The translations under genes and the position numbers were made by a program. Under the pieces are notes generated by a model. The model had not been told where the DNA came from. It ran no database searches and was given only the letters and a program-made list of their open reading frames with translations. 64,000 nt of DNA from Acidobacteriota bacterium (lineage in GTDB: Bacteria; Acidobacteriota; UBA6911), in contig OY761556.1 of the NCBI GenBank assembly GCA_963664705.1, positions 4,672,001 through 4,736,000 of the forward strand, written 5' to 3'. This document shows positions 20,801-30,570 of the stretch, in pieces. Position 1 is the stretch's first letter; each line of letters opens with the position of its first letter.

Positions 20801-21388
20801 CCGCTCTTCAACCCTGCTATTGGCATAGGCATACCGGCCATGCGCATCCTTGATCCAGGCATGCGTCGGGCTCATGTCCATAAACAGGCGGAATCTTTCT
20901 TCCGCCTCAATTCTGGCACTCTCGTTTTGTTTTCTTTTCGAGATATCCTGCAACGCCGTAATAACCAAATCTTCGCCGGCCACATTGATCAGTTCCGCCG
21001 AAAACAACGCCAGGAAAGGCTGACCCGATGATTTCTGCAGCGTTATTTCGCGATTTCGAATCTGTCCGTCAGCACGCAGCTCGTCCACAATCCTGGCTCT
21101 CAATTCCTTTTCGGGCCAAATGTTCAGAAGAGATGTTGGCCTGGCAATCGATTCGTCCCGGTTGAGTTCGAATAGGGCGGCACAGGCATTGTTCGCTTCC
21201 AATATCAGTCCGTCACTCAAACGCGTAATGGCAATGGCTACAGGGTTTGATGTGAAGGTCTTCAGGTAAACCTCGGGAGCAACGGGAGATTGAAGTGGCT
21301 TGATAGGATTATCCTCATTGGATTCCGTATGCTTTACATCGCTGTCTGGTCTTTTCGCTGGAGTAGTTTTGGGAGCGGATGATTGCAT
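17873..21388 (-). CDS. Multi-PAS hybrid histidine kinase-response regulator
   Basis: About six PAS domains, [21 protein letters not shown] H-box, HATPase, C-terminal REC. The start could instead be TTG 21403. Confidence 0.93.
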   Translation of the reverse strand: [1171 protein letters not shown]

Positions 21389-21559
21389 AGTGACATCTTT
21401 CAAAAATACAGGTTTCTCCCCAATGCCTTCAGGTGGCTTGGGAGCTTTTCTCCTATTTGTGCGCGCGATGAAGGTGAGATTGTACTCCTGAAGATCCGAA
21501 AATCCGGTCGAAATCTGCGCGGGATTGTGTTTTATCGCTAATATCCCGCGATGCCGGTT

Positions 21560-23602
21560 CTAAAATCGCAGCGCCAGTTTACCGTAGGCCATGCGAGGGA
21601 CCTCAGAGGGATCGTGATTATCCCTGTCCGCCCCCCACTCCCGATGCTGTTTGTTCAGAAGATTCTGGCCTACTATGGAGAATTCCCAGTGGTCGGAAAT
21701 CTGATACCCGAACCTGGCATCCAGTTCGACATAGCCATCCACGCTCAAGACCGGCATTTCGCTTACATAGCGCGTACTGATATCGAATTCAAAGCGCCGT
21801 CTGAAATCCATGATGGATTGGAATGAAAGCTGGTTAGCCGGGTTTTGTCCCTCCTCGGCTTTTGATCGCGTATCCTTGCTATTGGCATCCGGAATGAGGT
21901 TCATGTGCAAATAGCTGTATCCCGTCTTCAGTTGCCACCAGCCCGTCAACTTCAAGTCAATTGCTATCTCCACTCCATACGTTCTGCCGCTCATCAGATT
22001 ATCCATCCGAAGTGGAATGACACGGTGCGTGGGGGAGGGTGAAGTCTCGACAAATGGAGTTTCCGGTTCAAATGTCCTGAGCTGGTCGTAGAAGTTATAA
22101 AACAGCCCCACATCAAAATAGACCCTGTTATGGGGTTGCGTGCGATATCCCGCCTCCAGGGCCAGCACATCTTCGTGATCAATCGTATGGTTGCCAAGTA
22201 TCCTCAGCACGCTGGGCATGCTGCCAGGAATAACCGTCGGGTTGTGCCGGCTGTCGGACTCGATGCGATCAGGCGTTCTTATGGCCCGGGAGATCGAGGT
22301 CCAGAAGGTATTTTTCTTATTGGGCATCCAGGCCAGATTTGCGCTGGGTTCAAGTTCCGCCCCGGTGTAGTCGTTATGCTCGAATTTTGTTCCGACGGTA
22401 AATACCAACTTGTTCTTAACCAGGGAAATGGAATCCTGCACAAATCCGCTATAAAGCTTGTCCGTTCGGCGGGCCGGATCAAAGGAAAAGAAGAACGAGT
22501 CCCCGATAGAATCATGCGTAATGCGGAATCCCAGGCCCCAGAGTATTTCGTGGTTATCACGCCAGATGAATCGTCTCTGGAAATCCACGTCAAAGGTGTG
22601 CAGCCCTTCGCTTAATCGGACGTTCTCGCGCACGGAATGATCATAGTATGCCTGCAGCTGGAAATCCGAACGCGCCGAATATCGACGCTGCCAGCGTCCA
22701 ACCGCGTTGAATCCCTTCATTGTAGCGCGGTCAATGACGTTCTGAACGTAGGGAGCGGTCAAGCTCGGCAGAGCTAACGGTTCGCCGGCCTCCCCTTTGT
22801 AAATATCAGCCTGGAACGACAATGAATCACGATTAGACAAGTTAGAGTCTGCGCGAAATCCGGCACGAACAGCTTTCCAATAATCTCCGGAGGCAGTGCC
22901 GTCGGCATCGGCAGACTCTTCGTCATTGAAATATTTGGCGTATGCCCGGTAGTAACTGCCCTGTGAAAGGCTGCCTCCATATCGAACTCCAAATGACCCG
23001 TGGTCTTTGGATCCGACAGCTGCGGTCGCAAGCGATCCCGTGGTGGCCGCCGAGTGCTTGGTAATAATATTGATGATGCCATTGACGGCATTGGCGCCCC
23101 AGAGGCTGCTCCCGGGACCACGAATAACTTCGATCCGGTCGACGTCGTCCAGCAGCATATCCTGCGTATCCCAGTAAACACCGGAAAAAAGCGGGGAATA
23201 TACGGTTCTCCCGTCGACAAGCACAAGAAGCTTGGAGGCAAAGCGGCCGTTAAAGCCTCTCGACGTAATCGCCCACTTGTTCGTATTGATGCGGGCAACG
23301 CTCATTCCCGGCACCATTCGCAGGGCATCCGGAATCGTGGTTACGCCCGACCGGCGGATGTCCTCTCCGGTGAGGACATAAGCCGCGGAAGGAGTTTCAA
23401 AGGCTTTTTGCGGTTTTCTGGATGTTGAGGTAATAGTCACATCCAGGTTCATTAGTTCTTCCAGGGATAGTTGTGTAAGCGCTCCTGCCGGGTCCTTCGC
23501 ACCATTCTGTGCGGCGGCCGGGCCGGCGGAAATGCCCAGGAAAAGAATGACGAAACAGACGGCAGCCCGCACAGGGATCAAGCTTCGCGATGAAAGCTGC
23601 AT
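21560..23602 (-). CDS. TonB-dependent outer-membrane receptor
   Basis: Signal peptide; LSLEELMN; plug motif IEVIRGPGSSLWGANAVNGIINIIT; C-terminal Phe. Confidence 0.93.
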   Translation of the reverse strand: MQLSSRSLIPVRAAVCFVILFLGISAGPAAAQNGAKDPAGALTQLSLEELMNLDVTITSTSRKPQKAFETPSAAYVLTGEDIRRSGVTTIPDALRMVPGMSVARINTNKWAITSRGFNGRFASKLLVLVDGRTVYSPLFSGVYWDTQDMLLDDVDRIEVIRGPGSSLWGANAVNGIINIITKHSAATTGSLATAAVGSKDHGSFGVRYGGSLSQGSYYRAYAKYFNDEESADADGTASGDYWKAVRAGFRADSNLSNRDSLSFQADIYKGEAGEPLALPSLTAPYVQNVIDRATMKGFNAVGRWQRRYSARSDFQLQAYYDHSVRENVRLSEGLHTFDVDFQRRFIWRDNHEILWGLGFRITHDSIGDSFFFSFDPARRTDKLYSGFVQDSISLVKNKLVFTVGTKFEHNDYTGAELEPSANLAWMPNKKNTFWTSISRAIRTPDRIESDSRHNPTVIPGSMPSVLRILGNHTIDHEDVLALEAGYRTQPHNRVYFDVGLFYNFYDQLRTFEPETPFVETSPSPTHRVIPLRMDNLMSGRTYGVEIAIDLKLTGWWQLKTGYSYLHMNLIPDANSKDTRSKAEEGQNPANQLSFQSIMDFRRRFEFDISTRYVSEMPVLSVDGYVELDARFGYQISDHWEFSIVGQNLLNKQHREWGADRDNHDPSEVPRMAYGKLALRF

Positions 23603-23686
23603 GCACCGCCCCCGATTATCAACAGTCACCAACCGTCTCATCCTTCAACTCCAATCCTATAACTGCGATCGCATCCTGAAAGAAAA

Positions 23687-26209
23687 TCAAACTTCTATGG
23701 ATTCATTGGTCAGCCGGCCCTGAAGTGCTGTCCGGACTTTGCCATATTCTTCAATGATCCGCGAAACCAGGTCCCCTACGTCGGACAGCTCGTCTTTTCT
23801 GCACGCATTGTCCAGTTCTCTGCTTATTTTGGAAAGATCATCCGCACCCACAATGGGGCTGCTTCCTGCGAGGCTATGCGCAGAACGGCCCATCCCCTTT
23901 GCGTCTCTTGCCTGCCAGGCATCCGTCAGCGTCTGCATCAGCATATCGGAACTCGATATATATTTTCGGATGGAGGAAACTACGTAATCCTCTTCGCCTT
24001 CTTCCTGAAGTTCGGCAAGTAGATTCAGGGCATCTTCATTGATGGGAGATCCAGTGCTTTGGCCGGGGGTATCCTGGGAGGATGTCGGCATCATTTCGCC
24101 GGAATCGGCAATCGGCTCTGAATCTGCGGATGCCTGGCCGGCTACCCAACGGTCAAGGACGGCCCTGATGCCGCCCAAATTGAACGGTTTGCTCAGATAG
24201 TCATCCATCCCGGCGTCCAGGCACTTTTCGCGGTCTCCCCGCATTGAATGAGCGGTCAGCGCGATGATGGGCACATGGATGGAATCTCCTCGTTCCTTCT
24301 CGAGGAGGCGAATCGCCGCCGTTGCCTGGTAGCCATCCATGACCGGCATCTGACAGTCCATCAGGACCAGATCATAGCGGCCCTTGGAATAGGCCTGCAC
24401 GGCATCCCGGCCATTTTCCGATATGTCCGCCCCGCACCCAAAATGCGCGAGCATTCCGGAAACCACAGTCTGGTTGACTATATTATCTTCTGCAACCAGG
24501 ATGCATCGCCCGGCAAACCTCTGACTGTTTTCGGCCGCATCATCCGAACTCAAAGCACTGAGTTGCTCTGCCATGGATGCTTCCTGAGACTCCAGCCCAT
24601 CCACATTGGGTGATAGCGACATTTCAATGTTGAAGAAGAACCGGGCGCCTTTGCCCACCTGACTTTCACAATCCAGCTGGCCGCCCATGAGGGAAACCAG
24701 TTGGCTCGATATGGCCAGGCCAAGGCCGGTGCCGCCATATTTGCGAGTGGTCGTTCCATCCGCCTGTGAAAAAGCCCGAAAAAGCCGCTTGCGATTTTCA
24801 GTCGAGATGCCAATGCCTGTGTCCGTTACCGAAATGCTCAGCAAAACTCTTCCGGCATCTGTCAAGGCAGTGGATGCCCGTAACAGGACCTCCCCCTTCT
24901 CCGTAAACTTAATGGCATTCCCAACCAGGTTGATGATGATCTGACGGAGCCGGATCGGATCCCCCTGCAAAAATGTCTGTGTTTCTTCGGGCACAACAAC
25001 GGCGAGTTCAAGCTTCTTGGCCCTGGCATGAGGCGAAAGCAGTTGTACCGCTTCGTCGATCAAGGTGCGAAGATTAAAATCGACAGTTTCCAGCTGAAGT
25101 TTGCCGGCTTCGATCTTCGAAAAATCCAGAATATCGTTGATAATCGTCAGCAGAGATTCTCCCGATCCACGGATGATTTCCGCGGACCGCCGCTGCTCCC
25201 GATCAAGCCTGGTCTCCAGAAGCAGATCGACCATCCCGAGAACACCATTCATGGGAGTGCGAATCTCATGGCTCATGTTGGCAAGAAACTGGGACTTCAG
25301 ACGACTGGCCTCTTCAGCCGCTGCTTTAGCCTTTTCCAGACTCTCAACCGTGGCTTCAAGTTCGGCCTTCGCCCGTGACAGGTCCACGGTGCGTTCGGCA
25401 ATCATAATTTCCAGGTCGGAGCTGTATCGCATCAAGACTGTATCGCGGTCATGAATCTCATGGATCATTTCATTGAAATGATCTATCAGCGCGCCAAACT
25501 CGTCATTGCTCGGTTTTTCAACGCGTACGTCATAATGTTTTTCCTGCGTCACCTTGCTCATCGAGTTCATCAAGGCCAGAAGCGGCGCGGAAAACACTTT
25601 TTGCATCTTCGCCGACAGCAGAACAACCCCAACAAGCGTTATGGCCACGACAGATATCAATACAATGGTGTAATTCTTGAGTTTGCCGCGAATTCCCTGC
25701 CTGTCATCCACAAGATGAACCGCGCCGACATACTGGCCCTGGCTTAGAACAGGCCGGATGACGTGAACATACCGTCCGGTTCGATAGGCTATCTGACTAT
25801 GCTCCTTGAGTTCCGTCGCAAGAGGCGGCCGGTTCGGATAAGCGTTTGCCAGCTCCCGCATCAATGCCTGGACATTAGTATCTCCGCGTTGATACGTGCT
25901 GTAAGGGTTGCCCTTTCCGTCATAAAGGACTGCCCCCGCAATCCCGGATCGCACGGATAACGATTTAAGATTGTCCCGGGCTGCCTGCTCATCCTGGAAG
26001 GTCATTGCGGCAGCACTATTCAAGGCGACAAGATCGGCCATAGAACGCAGTTCTTCCACCAGATTTCTTTCGGAACTGACTTTCTCGTTGATGACCAGTG
26101 CAATCGACACTGGCAACAATGCCAGAATGGCGGTGAGGCTTAGCAGCCAGAGCAGCTTGGTCCGGATTGGGAGGTCCCGCATTCGAATGGCTCTTGTTGG
26201 CATTTTCAT
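23687..26209 (-). CDS. Membrane hybrid histidine kinase (CHASE8-like periplasmic domain, HAMP, HisKA, HATPase, REC, HPt)
   Basis: Two TM segments; [15 protein letters not shown]; [10 protein letters not shown]; LMDCQMP; AHSLAGSS HPt motif. Confidence 0.92.
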   Translation of the reverse strand: MKMPTRAIRMRDLPIRTKLLWLLSLTAILALLPVSIALVINEKVSSERNLVEELRSMADLVALNSAAAMTFQDEQAARDNLKSLSVRSGIAGAVLYDGKGNPYSTYQRGDTNVQALMRELANAYPNRPPLATELKEHSQIAYRTGRYVHVIRPVLSQGQYVGAVHLVDDRQGIRGKLKNYTIVLISVVAITLVGVVLLSAKMQKVFSAPLLALMNSMSKVTQEKHYDVRVEKPSNDEFGALIDHFNEMIHEIHDRDTVLMRYSSDLEIMIAERTVDLSRAKAELEATVESLEKAKAAAEEASRLKSQFLANMSHEIRTPMNGVLGMVDLLLETRLDREQRRSAEIIRGSGESLLTIINDILDFSKIEAGKLQLETVDFNLRTLIDEAVQLLSPHARAKKLELAVVVPEETQTFLQGDPIRLRQIIINLVGNAIKFTEKGEVLLRASTALTDAGRVLLSISVTDTGIGISTENRKRLFRAFSQADGTTTRKYGGTGLGLAISSQLVSLMGGQLDCESQVGKGARFFFNIEMSLSPNVDGLESQEASMAEQLSALSSDDAAENSQRFAGRCILVAEDNIVNQTVVSGMLAHFGCGADISENGRDAVQAYSKGRYDLVLMDCQMPVMDGYQATAAIRLLEKERGDSIHVPIIALTAHSMRGDREKCLDAGMDDYLSKPFNLGGIRAVLDRWVAGQASADSEPIADSGEMMPTSSQDTPGQSTGSPINEDALNLLAELQEEGEEDYVVSSIRKYISSSDMLMQTLTDAWQARDAKGMGRSAHSLAGSSPIVGADDLSKISRELDNACRKDELSDVGDLVSRIIEEYGKVRTALQGRLTNESIEV

Positions 26210-26778
26210 TGGGCTCCCACTACCGTAGCCAGCTTTAGGAGATGTGAACTGAAGCGAAGGTTTTGCCGGCGAGCATTTTCCACATTAATTTCAAAACCCA
26301 GTTTCCCGCCTTTATTGATCAGGCCAATCACCCCACCAATGCGGGCAAAATTATTTACCTCCCCAATGGTTAATACAGGCTTATGACTGAGGGCTGCCAG
26401 AATGCGCAGTTGATCGGCGTGATCCACTTCGCGGCTCATGAAAAGTACCTGGCATCCGTCCATGTTCGCCGAATCATTGGCATTTCGAATTCGAATGGTC
26501 TGTGAGCCCACGGGCTGACCGTTGATAGCCTCAAAGCCTGATATCGTGCTATCGCTGCCCATAAGGCAAAGGTCGCAGGTATTCGGTAACCTGGAGCCGT
26601 TCGTCGGACTCGTCCATTGGACATACCGTGCAAAATTGAGAACGAATGCGGATTTGACGGAGTACTCTTCCAGCCCACCGGCCGCCGAATCTACGCGGCG
26701 CGGCAGAAGGATATTCACTATCAACCCAAGGCTGATAAGAACTGCAGCAGCGCTATATCGATTCAGTGCGCGAGTCAT
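26206..26778 (-). CDS. YfiR-family periplasmic protein
   Basis: [29 protein letters not shown] and LLKLA motifs; its stop overlaps the kinase start. Confidence 0.88.
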   Translation of the reverse strand: MTRALNRYSAAAVLISLGLIVNILLPRRVDSAAGGLEEYSVKSAFVLNFARYVQWTSPTNGSRLPNTCDLCLMGSDSTISGFEAINGQPVGSQTIRIRNANDSANMDGCQVLFMSREVDHADQLRILAALSHKPVLTIGEVNNFARIGGVIGLINKGGKLGFEINVENARRQNLRFSSHLLKLATVVGAQ

Positions 26779-26953
26779 AGCAGACAACGGTTTCTGCGGA
26801 GCGAGGTGAATGCGGGCGGCAAAGCCCTATCCAGTCTTGCTTCCAGCTTAAGAAGCTAGTATCGGCATATCCAGGACTTGGCTTTAAGTATGGATAAAAC
26901 TGTAATTTATTGATATTGCAGTTTTTATCAACTTTTGAAGGGGATACTGCAGG

Positions 26954-26972
26954 GAGCGCCGCCGTCTCGCCC
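26954..26972. repeat. 19-bp direct repeat, copy 2
   Basis: Identical to 17798-17816. Confidence 0.75.
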
Positions 26973-27056
26973 ACTGCGGCATACTATTGGTCGAGCGCGA
27001 AGGCTTGCCACCGCCATCGGCTTTTATGGTTTTCAAAGGCGGCAGTAGCGGCTTTT

Positions 27057-27647
27057 TTAGCCCTGCCCTGACTTGCAGGCAGCAGAGGTTTGTTGGCCTC
27101 GAAACGCGGAAGCCAACAATTCTTTGATCTTGAGAACGGTGTTCCAATTACGGCCTGTTCCGCGAGTTCCAAGTTTCTGCTCCATCAGCGCATTCGTCAG
27201 CCTGGAATGACCGATCCCATCCGGAAAGGTCACATAGAGTTGCCGGCCTTTGAGCCCAACGAGTTCAGGTCCACGGATCGCCGTTCGCAGAGCCTCGACA
27301 TCCCTGGTCGCTGGCGCACTCTTCAGACAGATCACCACAAGATGGCCGGGATCCTGTGCCGCCTCCCTGGGGAAAGGATTGTCCCTAATCAGCGCAGTCC
27401 ACTCCTCCGCGGAACGAATAAAAAAATCAGTGTTCAAACCCAATCTCCTGCCGGCCTCCGATTCGAGAGTGTGTTCCAATTGTTCTTCAGATCCGGCTTT
27501 GGTGCTGAAAATCAGGTTCCCGCTTTGCAGCAGCGATTTGGGGTCAACAAAACCGCATCGAGTCAGGAGATCGCGCAAATCCTCCATCGCAACCTGCTTG
27601 TGGCCTCCGACATTGATTCCTCTCAGCAGCGCAACATAGGAGATCAT
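27057..27647 (-). CDS. DUF1697 family protein
   Basis: YVALLRGINVGG, QSGN and TGRNWNTV motifs. Confidence 0.9.
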   Translation of the reverse strand: MISYVALLRGINVGGHKQVAMEDLRDLLTRCGFVDPKSLLQSGNLIFSTKAGSEEQLEHTLESEAGRRLGLNTDFFIRSAEEWTALIRDNPFPREAAQDPGHLVVICLKSAPATRDVEALRTAIRGPELVGLKGRQLYVTFPDGIGHSRLTNALMEQKLGTRGTGRNWNTVLKIKELLASAFRGQQTSAACKSGQG

Positions 27648-27708
27648 GGGAGTTCAGCGGATGGCAAAGGGGGTCGGCACAAGAGATCCGATCCCCCTGC
27701 CTGGACGA

Positions 27709-28341
27709 TCAATGAATCGTGGATGTTTGGGATATTTCATCTTTGGCCGGTGCAACGACGTCTTCCGCGGTCCACTCATAGCCAAGATAGGAATTCCATT
27801 GCAGCAGTTCCTCCCGAAATTCATCATAGCTTTTCTGGAGTGTCTGATAGAACTTTGCACTTTCCAATGCAATGGCTCCGAAGTTAGCAGCCACACCGGC
27901 GAAGGAAGCATCCGCATCGGTAAAGGTTCGAGGGTCGGAAGAATAGACCCTCATGACACCGATGACTTCTTCCCTTAATCTCACCGGAACGCTCAGGATG
28001 GATGCAATCCCCTCCTGCGCGACCTGCTTCCTGAATTGAATCCGGTCATCGGTGGTGGCGTCCTTCACCGCCACCGCTTTGCCTTCCAGCGATTCGGACA
28101 TGCTCCTGTCGGTTAAAACGGGCCCGATTCTGGCATACCAGTTGCTCAATCCATACGCAACAATCCGAAGGAGTTCCTTTTTGTCAGGCGTAAGCAGCAG
28201 CAATGAACAGCCTTTTGCATCCATTGCCAGCGCCACATTTTCCACAATGGAGTGAAGAATATCCTCAGGAGAACGAGCGGAATTCAGCGTTGTGGCCAAT
28301 TGATACAAACTATGGAAATACGTTTTTTCGATTCCCTCCAT
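27709..28341 (-). CDS. Stand-alone GAF-domain protein
   Basis: GAF pattern (SILSVPV..VIGVMRVYS..FT); GGAGGT RBS. Confidence 0.85.
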   Translation of the reverse strand: MEGIEKTYFHSLYQLATTLNSARSPEDILHSIVENVALAMDAKGCSLLLLTPDKKELLRIVAYGLSNWYARIGPVLTDRSMSESLEGKAVAVKDATTDDRIQFRKQVAQEGIASILSVPVRLREEVIGVMRVYSSDPRTFTDADASFAGVAANFGAIALESAKFYQTLQKSYDEFREELLQWNSYLGYEWTAEDVVAPAKDEISQTSTIH

Positions 28342-28446
28342 AACCGTACCTCCTCAGCCTTATTGACATAAGTATACTCTTCCGCTCGAACGGCTGCAGA
28401 GGACGCCGGTTATTTGTACGGTATATTGCTGCCGACTTAAAAACTG

Positions 28447-28470
28447 AAGGCGGTGGCAACCACCGCCTTT
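28447..28470 (-). terminator. Intrinsic terminator of the S1-domain gene
   Basis: AAGGCGGTGG-caa-CCACCGCCTT stem with a T-rich tail on the minus strand. Confidence 0.65.
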
Positions 28471-28502
28471 CATATGCCTAGCCGAAACGCGGATGCTCCC
28501 GG

Positions 28503-29936
28503 CTACTTTTTGGGTTGCTTGAGCGCTGAACGCAGCTTATCTGCCAGCGTTCCAAAACCCTCTTGGGGAGAGTCCTGGCGTTCCGACCACTCGCGCACCT
28601 CTTCGGCTTCGCGTGCTTCAATGATCGCCTTGGCGCTCAGGCGGATCCGTCGTCCCGATGGGTCGACTTCAAGCACGCTGACCTCCACCTCCGCTCCAAC
28701 CGGAAAGACCTTTTGCACTTCGCTTTCCTTCCCAACTCCAGTCTCGTTCATGGGGATCAGGCCGGTTTTTCCGGGAGCAAGGAAAACGAAGACTCCAAAC
28801 TTCTCGTGTCGTTCGACCTTTCCCTTCAACCGGGCACCCGGGACAATGCCGGGTTTGCGACCGGCAGCAACACTGGTGGCCGCCGCCGAGCCCTCTCCGA
28901 CCAGCGCGACGCCGATCCGTTTTTGATCGAGATCTATAGATAGAACCTCAAAGGTGCCGGACATCCCAGGGGAAACCTGGCTGGACCACCCTCCCGACAG
29001 GGTAGGGGCAAATGTGGAAGCGTGGGCCAGCCCTTCGATTCCCGGCTCGAGTTCCACGAATGCTCCGAATTCGGCGACACGCGTAACGCGGCCGGACCGT
29101 TGTTGGCCTACCGCGTAGCTCTCTCCCACTTTCGACCAGGGATCCGCCGAGAGCTGCTTCAGTCCGAGCGCAATCTTCTGCTTGTCATCCACCCGCAGCA
29201 CTTTTACCGTGATCTCTTCGCCCGGTTTGACAATCTCGGAAGGAGAGGACACGCGTGACCATGACATCTCGGATACATGCAGCAGACCCTGAACTCCGGC
29301 ACCCAGGTCGACGAATGCGCCGAAGTCTCGAATAGAGGTCACACGCCCCGGCAAAACCGCACCGGGAACAATCTTTTCCCGAACAGCCGCGGCATTCGCC
29401 TGCTGTTCCTCCTCAAGGAGAACTCTGCGGGAAATGACGATGTTCTTGCCGCCGTCCTTATATTCGATAATCCGGAATTGATAGAGATTACCTGCATGCG
29501 GAATCGCGTCCGCGCCCCGGACATCAATCTGGGAAATCGGACAGAACGCCCGGTTGCGGCCAAGCCGCACCTCGTAACCACCCTTTACTTCGCGTTCAAC
29601 TTTTCCTTCCACGGGCAGGCCGCTGTGAAAAGCATCCTCAAACTGGCGATCGCTGGCAGCGGCTCCCGCCAATCTCCGAGAGAGTGTGATCCCGCCCGAT
29701 GTAGACAGCACCATCGCCTGAATGCGATCCCCGACGGAAACCTCTATCTGGCCCTCGGCATTTTTCACTTCATCGATATTGAGAACCGCTTCGCCCTTGC
29801 CTCCAACATCAACCAGGGCAACCTCGGGACCGATCGAAACGATAGTCCCCTCAACCAGCTCACCTTTTTCGAGCTGTTTGGTTTGAAGCGAAGCCTCGAA
29901 CATTGCGGCAAAGTCTTCTTCTTCCGGATCACTCAC
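28503..29936 (-). CDS. Ribosomal protein S1-like protein with five S1 domains
   Basis: Repeated S1 motifs (FGAFVDL..GLLHVSE, FGAFVEL..GLAH, FGVFV); acidic N-terminus EDFAAMFE; GTG start with GGAG RBS. Confidence 0.88.
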   Translation of the reverse strand: MSDPEEEDFAAMFEASLQTKQLEKGELVEGTIVSIGPEVALVDVGGKGEAVLNIDEVKNAEGQIEVSVGDRIQAMVLSTSGGITLSRRLAGAAASDRQFEDAFHSGLPVEGKVEREVKGGYEVRLGRNRAFCPISQIDVRGADAIPHAGNLYQFRIIEYKDGGKNIVISRRVLLEEEQQANAAAVREKIVPGAVLPGRVTSIRDFGAFVDLGAGVQGLLHVSEMSWSRVSSPSEIVKPGEEITVKVLRVDDKQKIALGLKQLSADPWSKVGESYAVGQQRSGRVTRVAEFGAFVELEPGIEGLAHASTFAPTLSGGWSSQVSPGMSGTFEVLSIDLDQKRIGVALVGEGSAAATSVAAGRKPGIVPGARLKGKVERHEKFGVFVFLAPGKTGLIPMNETGVGKESEVQKVFPVGAEVEVSVLEVDPSGRRIRLSAKAIIEAREAEEVREWSERQDSPQEGFGTLADKLRSALKQPKK

Positions 29937-30462
29937 AGCATACTCCTCCGTTTATTTGGTCTCGGTTCGCCGGGAGGCTCTTGTCAGCCTGGACGCGACG
30001 AACAAGCCCCGATTGTACCAACGGGATTCATCCAGAAGAAGCAGGAACCGCTCGGCCCCAACTTGGGCAGCCGGAGGTTAATAAGGATGCTGCTTCTGAC
30101 TTCTATACTTTTCGCAACTAATATTATTATTAAGTTATCAAGGAAATATTTCCCGATCCGAGAATAATTTCCCGCCAAACAGCCTCAAGGAACCGTAACG
30201 GCCAGTCCCCCGGATTATGCTCCGCGATACGCCCTAGGCATACGGCAAGCTGAAGATAGGGTTCATTCAGCGCCATGCCACCTCGCTTCTGGCCAACGAA
30301 TTGCTTTTATCAGGCAACTGATAACGAGTGTTGTGAAATTTCTGGGATCGTCTGGGGAGTAGTGTGCTTCCGACGCATCCCGGCGGTTCATTCCCATACA
30401 TCCAGGGAACGCGCGAAAGGCACTAAATAATAATCCAAACGTGCCGATGAGAAAGGCAGACT

Positions 30463-30492
30463 TTATTACTTGCATTATTTCGCAAGTAATAA
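30463..30492. promoter_or_regulatory. AT-rich palindrome, putative operator upstream of the decaheme gene
   Basis: TTATTACTTGC-8 nt-GCAAGTAATAA, perfect 11-bp arms. Confidence 0.45.
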
Positions 30493-30570
30493 TATTAGTG
30501 AAGTAGCCTGGTTCCATCCACGCCTTCAATCTGGAACGGTCCTCCGACCCCACACGGGGAGACACGTACG

